The notes below the pieces were generated by a model. The model had not been told where the DNA came from. It saw only the letters and a list, made by a program, of their open reading frames with translations, and did not search any database. Position numbers and translations under genes: made by a program. A stretch of 64,000 nucleotides of DNA from Azolla caroliniana (lineage: Eukaryota > Plantae > Polypodiophyta): the NCBI GenBank assembly GCA_043228905.1, contig JBHGNT010000011.1:19158001-19222000 (forward strand), in the 5' to 3' direction. Shown here in pieces: positions 61,640 to 64,000 of the stretch (positions within the stretch are counted from its first letter, which is position 1; every line of letters starts with the position of its first letter).

Positions 61640-62050
61640 CAAAATATAATTGTTTTTTCGATGGGAGTTTCATGCCATCTGGGACAAAGGAATATTTTAT
61701 AAATGGATTTATGATATGGTGGATTGGTTCTACTCTATACCGAAGTATCTATTTAAGCCGACAATTCGAATTGGAAAGTGCCTCATTGCCGAATGGTACG
61801 TTTTTTATGTATAACCTTAGGGCGTTTTATTGATACTAATGTAGTATCTTTTTTAGAAAAGAAATATATAATTGTGTTTTTATAAGTGTTTTTTGGTAAG
61901 GTGGAGTGTTTTTACTCCATACCGACATATTCATTTAAGTTGACAACTATAACTTGAAAAGGGGGAGGCAACTAATATGTATGTAAAGAATTTTCTTGTA
62001 TAGGCTCAGGATGGTTTCTTAATACTAATAGTATCTTTCTAGGGGAAAAA
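61640..62050 (+). mobile_element. Two adjacent truncated LINE 3' ends related to the 7645-7922 family
   Basis: GGTGGA.TG.TT.TACTC.ATACCGA..TAT..ATTTAAG blocks and TACTAAT..GTATCTTT tails at ~61835 and ~62023. Confidence 0.7.
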
Positions 62051-63755
62051 ATGGTTGGATATTTGCTATGATTGGTGAATGAAGAAGGAAACTCATGCAT
62101 GATCTTCACCTGAAAAGAAAGAATCATAAAAACACGTTAGTTATACCATGTTAACGTATTTGGTAGGGCAAGAGCTTATGAACATACATGCAATAATTTT
62201 GTAGACTATATCAATATGTTGCTAATATTATGTTGGACGACATGTTTGCTTTTTTATTATGCCTCTCAATTAAAGTGGAACTTGTCTTTCTACAATTCGT
62301 AGTAAAAATGTGTTGTCTCAACTCAGTTGATCCCTTTGGTCGATAGATGAATCAATTTAGTATTAATTAATACAAAATGCTCGAATATGTTTAGGTTTCT
62401 GAAAGATAGAAGTCACAAAGTCTCTAGTAACATAGAAAAAGTGCATTCCGATGTGAAGAGAATATGTTATCGTGCCGTACAACACTAATACAAGATCTAT
62501 CTGACTTTCACACATTTTGATGCATACTAAAAATATTGCCATTTTCAAGATCTAATATTTGGAATGCCATCATTAAATGATTATGAAAAGGACTTTGTTA
62601 TAATTCCATCAGTATGTTCATTGCTATGTACATTTACATGTTTATGCGATAAAGGATGAAATATCAATCAAGTAAGGGACGCCATTAATAATTAACTATA
62701 GGATTGTTTTGGCAAGGCCCTCATTTATTCTAGACAATAATAACAAGTTTTTATCAATGATTGGTTTGAAAATATTGTACATTCTCAACATAAAAGTTTG
62801 TGTAGGTGATTCCATTACTATCGGAATGGTGAGATTTTCAAAGATTGGGTTATAAGATAAAGAGAGTTACTTTCTGTAGTCCATAAGCTCAGCATAACAT
62901 AATTAGCCTATGAGGTTTAATATAGTGGAATCGAAACATGTCGGGAAATAGGCAATACACGTAAAGTAAAGTGGTATTATTCCCTCGAATTATACAAGCA
63001 ATATATGTTTTGACAGCTTTTCATATGTATTGTGTCCATAGAGTATTTAACAAATTTGATGATGAAATGATGGTAACTCTTCATATTCCAAAAGTCACAA
63101 CATTTGTCACATTTCTATTAAAAATGTTAAATGTTTGAAGGTACTTCTAATAGAGCTGAATGAAGATATGAGGATCAATAAAATGCTAGTAAAGTTGAAG
63201 TAGAAAAAGACGTGGTCAAGAGGTAAATGGGGATTATTGCCCATTATATTGTCACAAGGACAAGGAATATGTAATGTAATAAGTAATAAGACAAGGAGTC
63301 TATACATTATGCCATTACACAATAATGGACTTATTGTCATGGTATTTTATAAAAGGATGGGTTTCCTAACTTCTAATGGTGGATATCATCATGAACTCTC
63401 ATTGTTTGATGAAGCCTTGTTGGTGGGTTCACTCATGGATATGTGGAATAGATTTCAAATACTAGCTCATGTGTGGACAAAATAGCATCTTAATCATCTA
63501 TCAATATCAATGCTTATTGATTGCCAACAAGTGATGGACTTGGTGATAGTTAAGATACATAAGGACAAAGTGTCTATATGAGGGCGAAAAGGCACAACTT
63601 CCGGGACATGTGGCTTTTCTACAAAGTAAATTATAAAAGGTGTTCGACTTCAAAAACAAGAGTTAAGCTATTAGATAGATCTAGAGAGGGTACTACATTA
63701 CTAGAGTGTGAGAATATTAAAGAGGAAGTCACATATACAAGGAAGAGGTTGAGAG

Positions 63756-64000
63756 ATGGAATATAACAAAGTTTCTAAGGAAAACCAAGAAGGGGAGAAA
63801 ATGAACATCATGATGAGATCAGTGACACCAAGGAGAGGGAGTGTGAAGCGAGATGTAGTGGGAAAGCTTATGCGCAATATGTCTTACAATTTGTTGTGTA
63901 TTCCTAGCAAGAGCTCAAGTTCAAGTTCAAATAGTAACCGTGGAAGCTCCTCTTATTCTTCTTCTTCTCCTCTTCTAGATATATCTAATCCTTCTTTTGC
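63756..64000 (+). CDS. Small protein with PRRGxVK motif, copy 3 (runs off the window)
   Basis: MEYNKVSKENQEGEKMNIMMRSVTPRRGSVKRDVVGKLMRNMSY followed by a Ser-rich tail, no stop before 64000; TATA TATAAAAGG at ~63632. Absent from the ORF track because it is incomplete. Confidence 0.7.
   Translation, partial: MEYNKVSKENQEGEKMNIMMRSVTPRRGSVKRDVVGKLMRNMSYNLLCIPSKSSSSSSNSNRGSSSYSSSSPLLDISNPSF

Overview
AT-rich, TE-dense nuclear DNA of a land plant with flagellated sperm. A fern or lycophyte is most likely, inferred from an intact CFAP100 gene and a plastid insert that retains unedited C-to-U sites. Two convergent spliced genes are present: ALY/THO4 (+, 12192-15231, five exons, probable GC-AG first intron) and CFAP100/FAP100 (-, 18527-24453+, 13 coding exons, start codon unresolved). 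The right half holds three dispersed, same-strand, TATA-preceded small ORFs sharing a PRRGxVK-helix motif (34861, 53357, 63756) and a small secreted-peptide precursor ORF (58068). Mobile DNA includes: a young but inactive Ty1/Copia element nested in an L1-type LINE, with an unusual ~245-aa in-frame extension between two PPT-like copies and a truncated 3' LTR; an older LINE carrying nested hAT and Mutator-like elements; many 5'-truncated LINE tails sharing one 3' motif; a hAT MITE; a probable solo LTR; and tRNA-derived SINE-like heads. An ndhJ NUPT, a U6 snRNA 3' fragment and many local tandem duplications are also present. All calls come from manual reading; no database searches were run.
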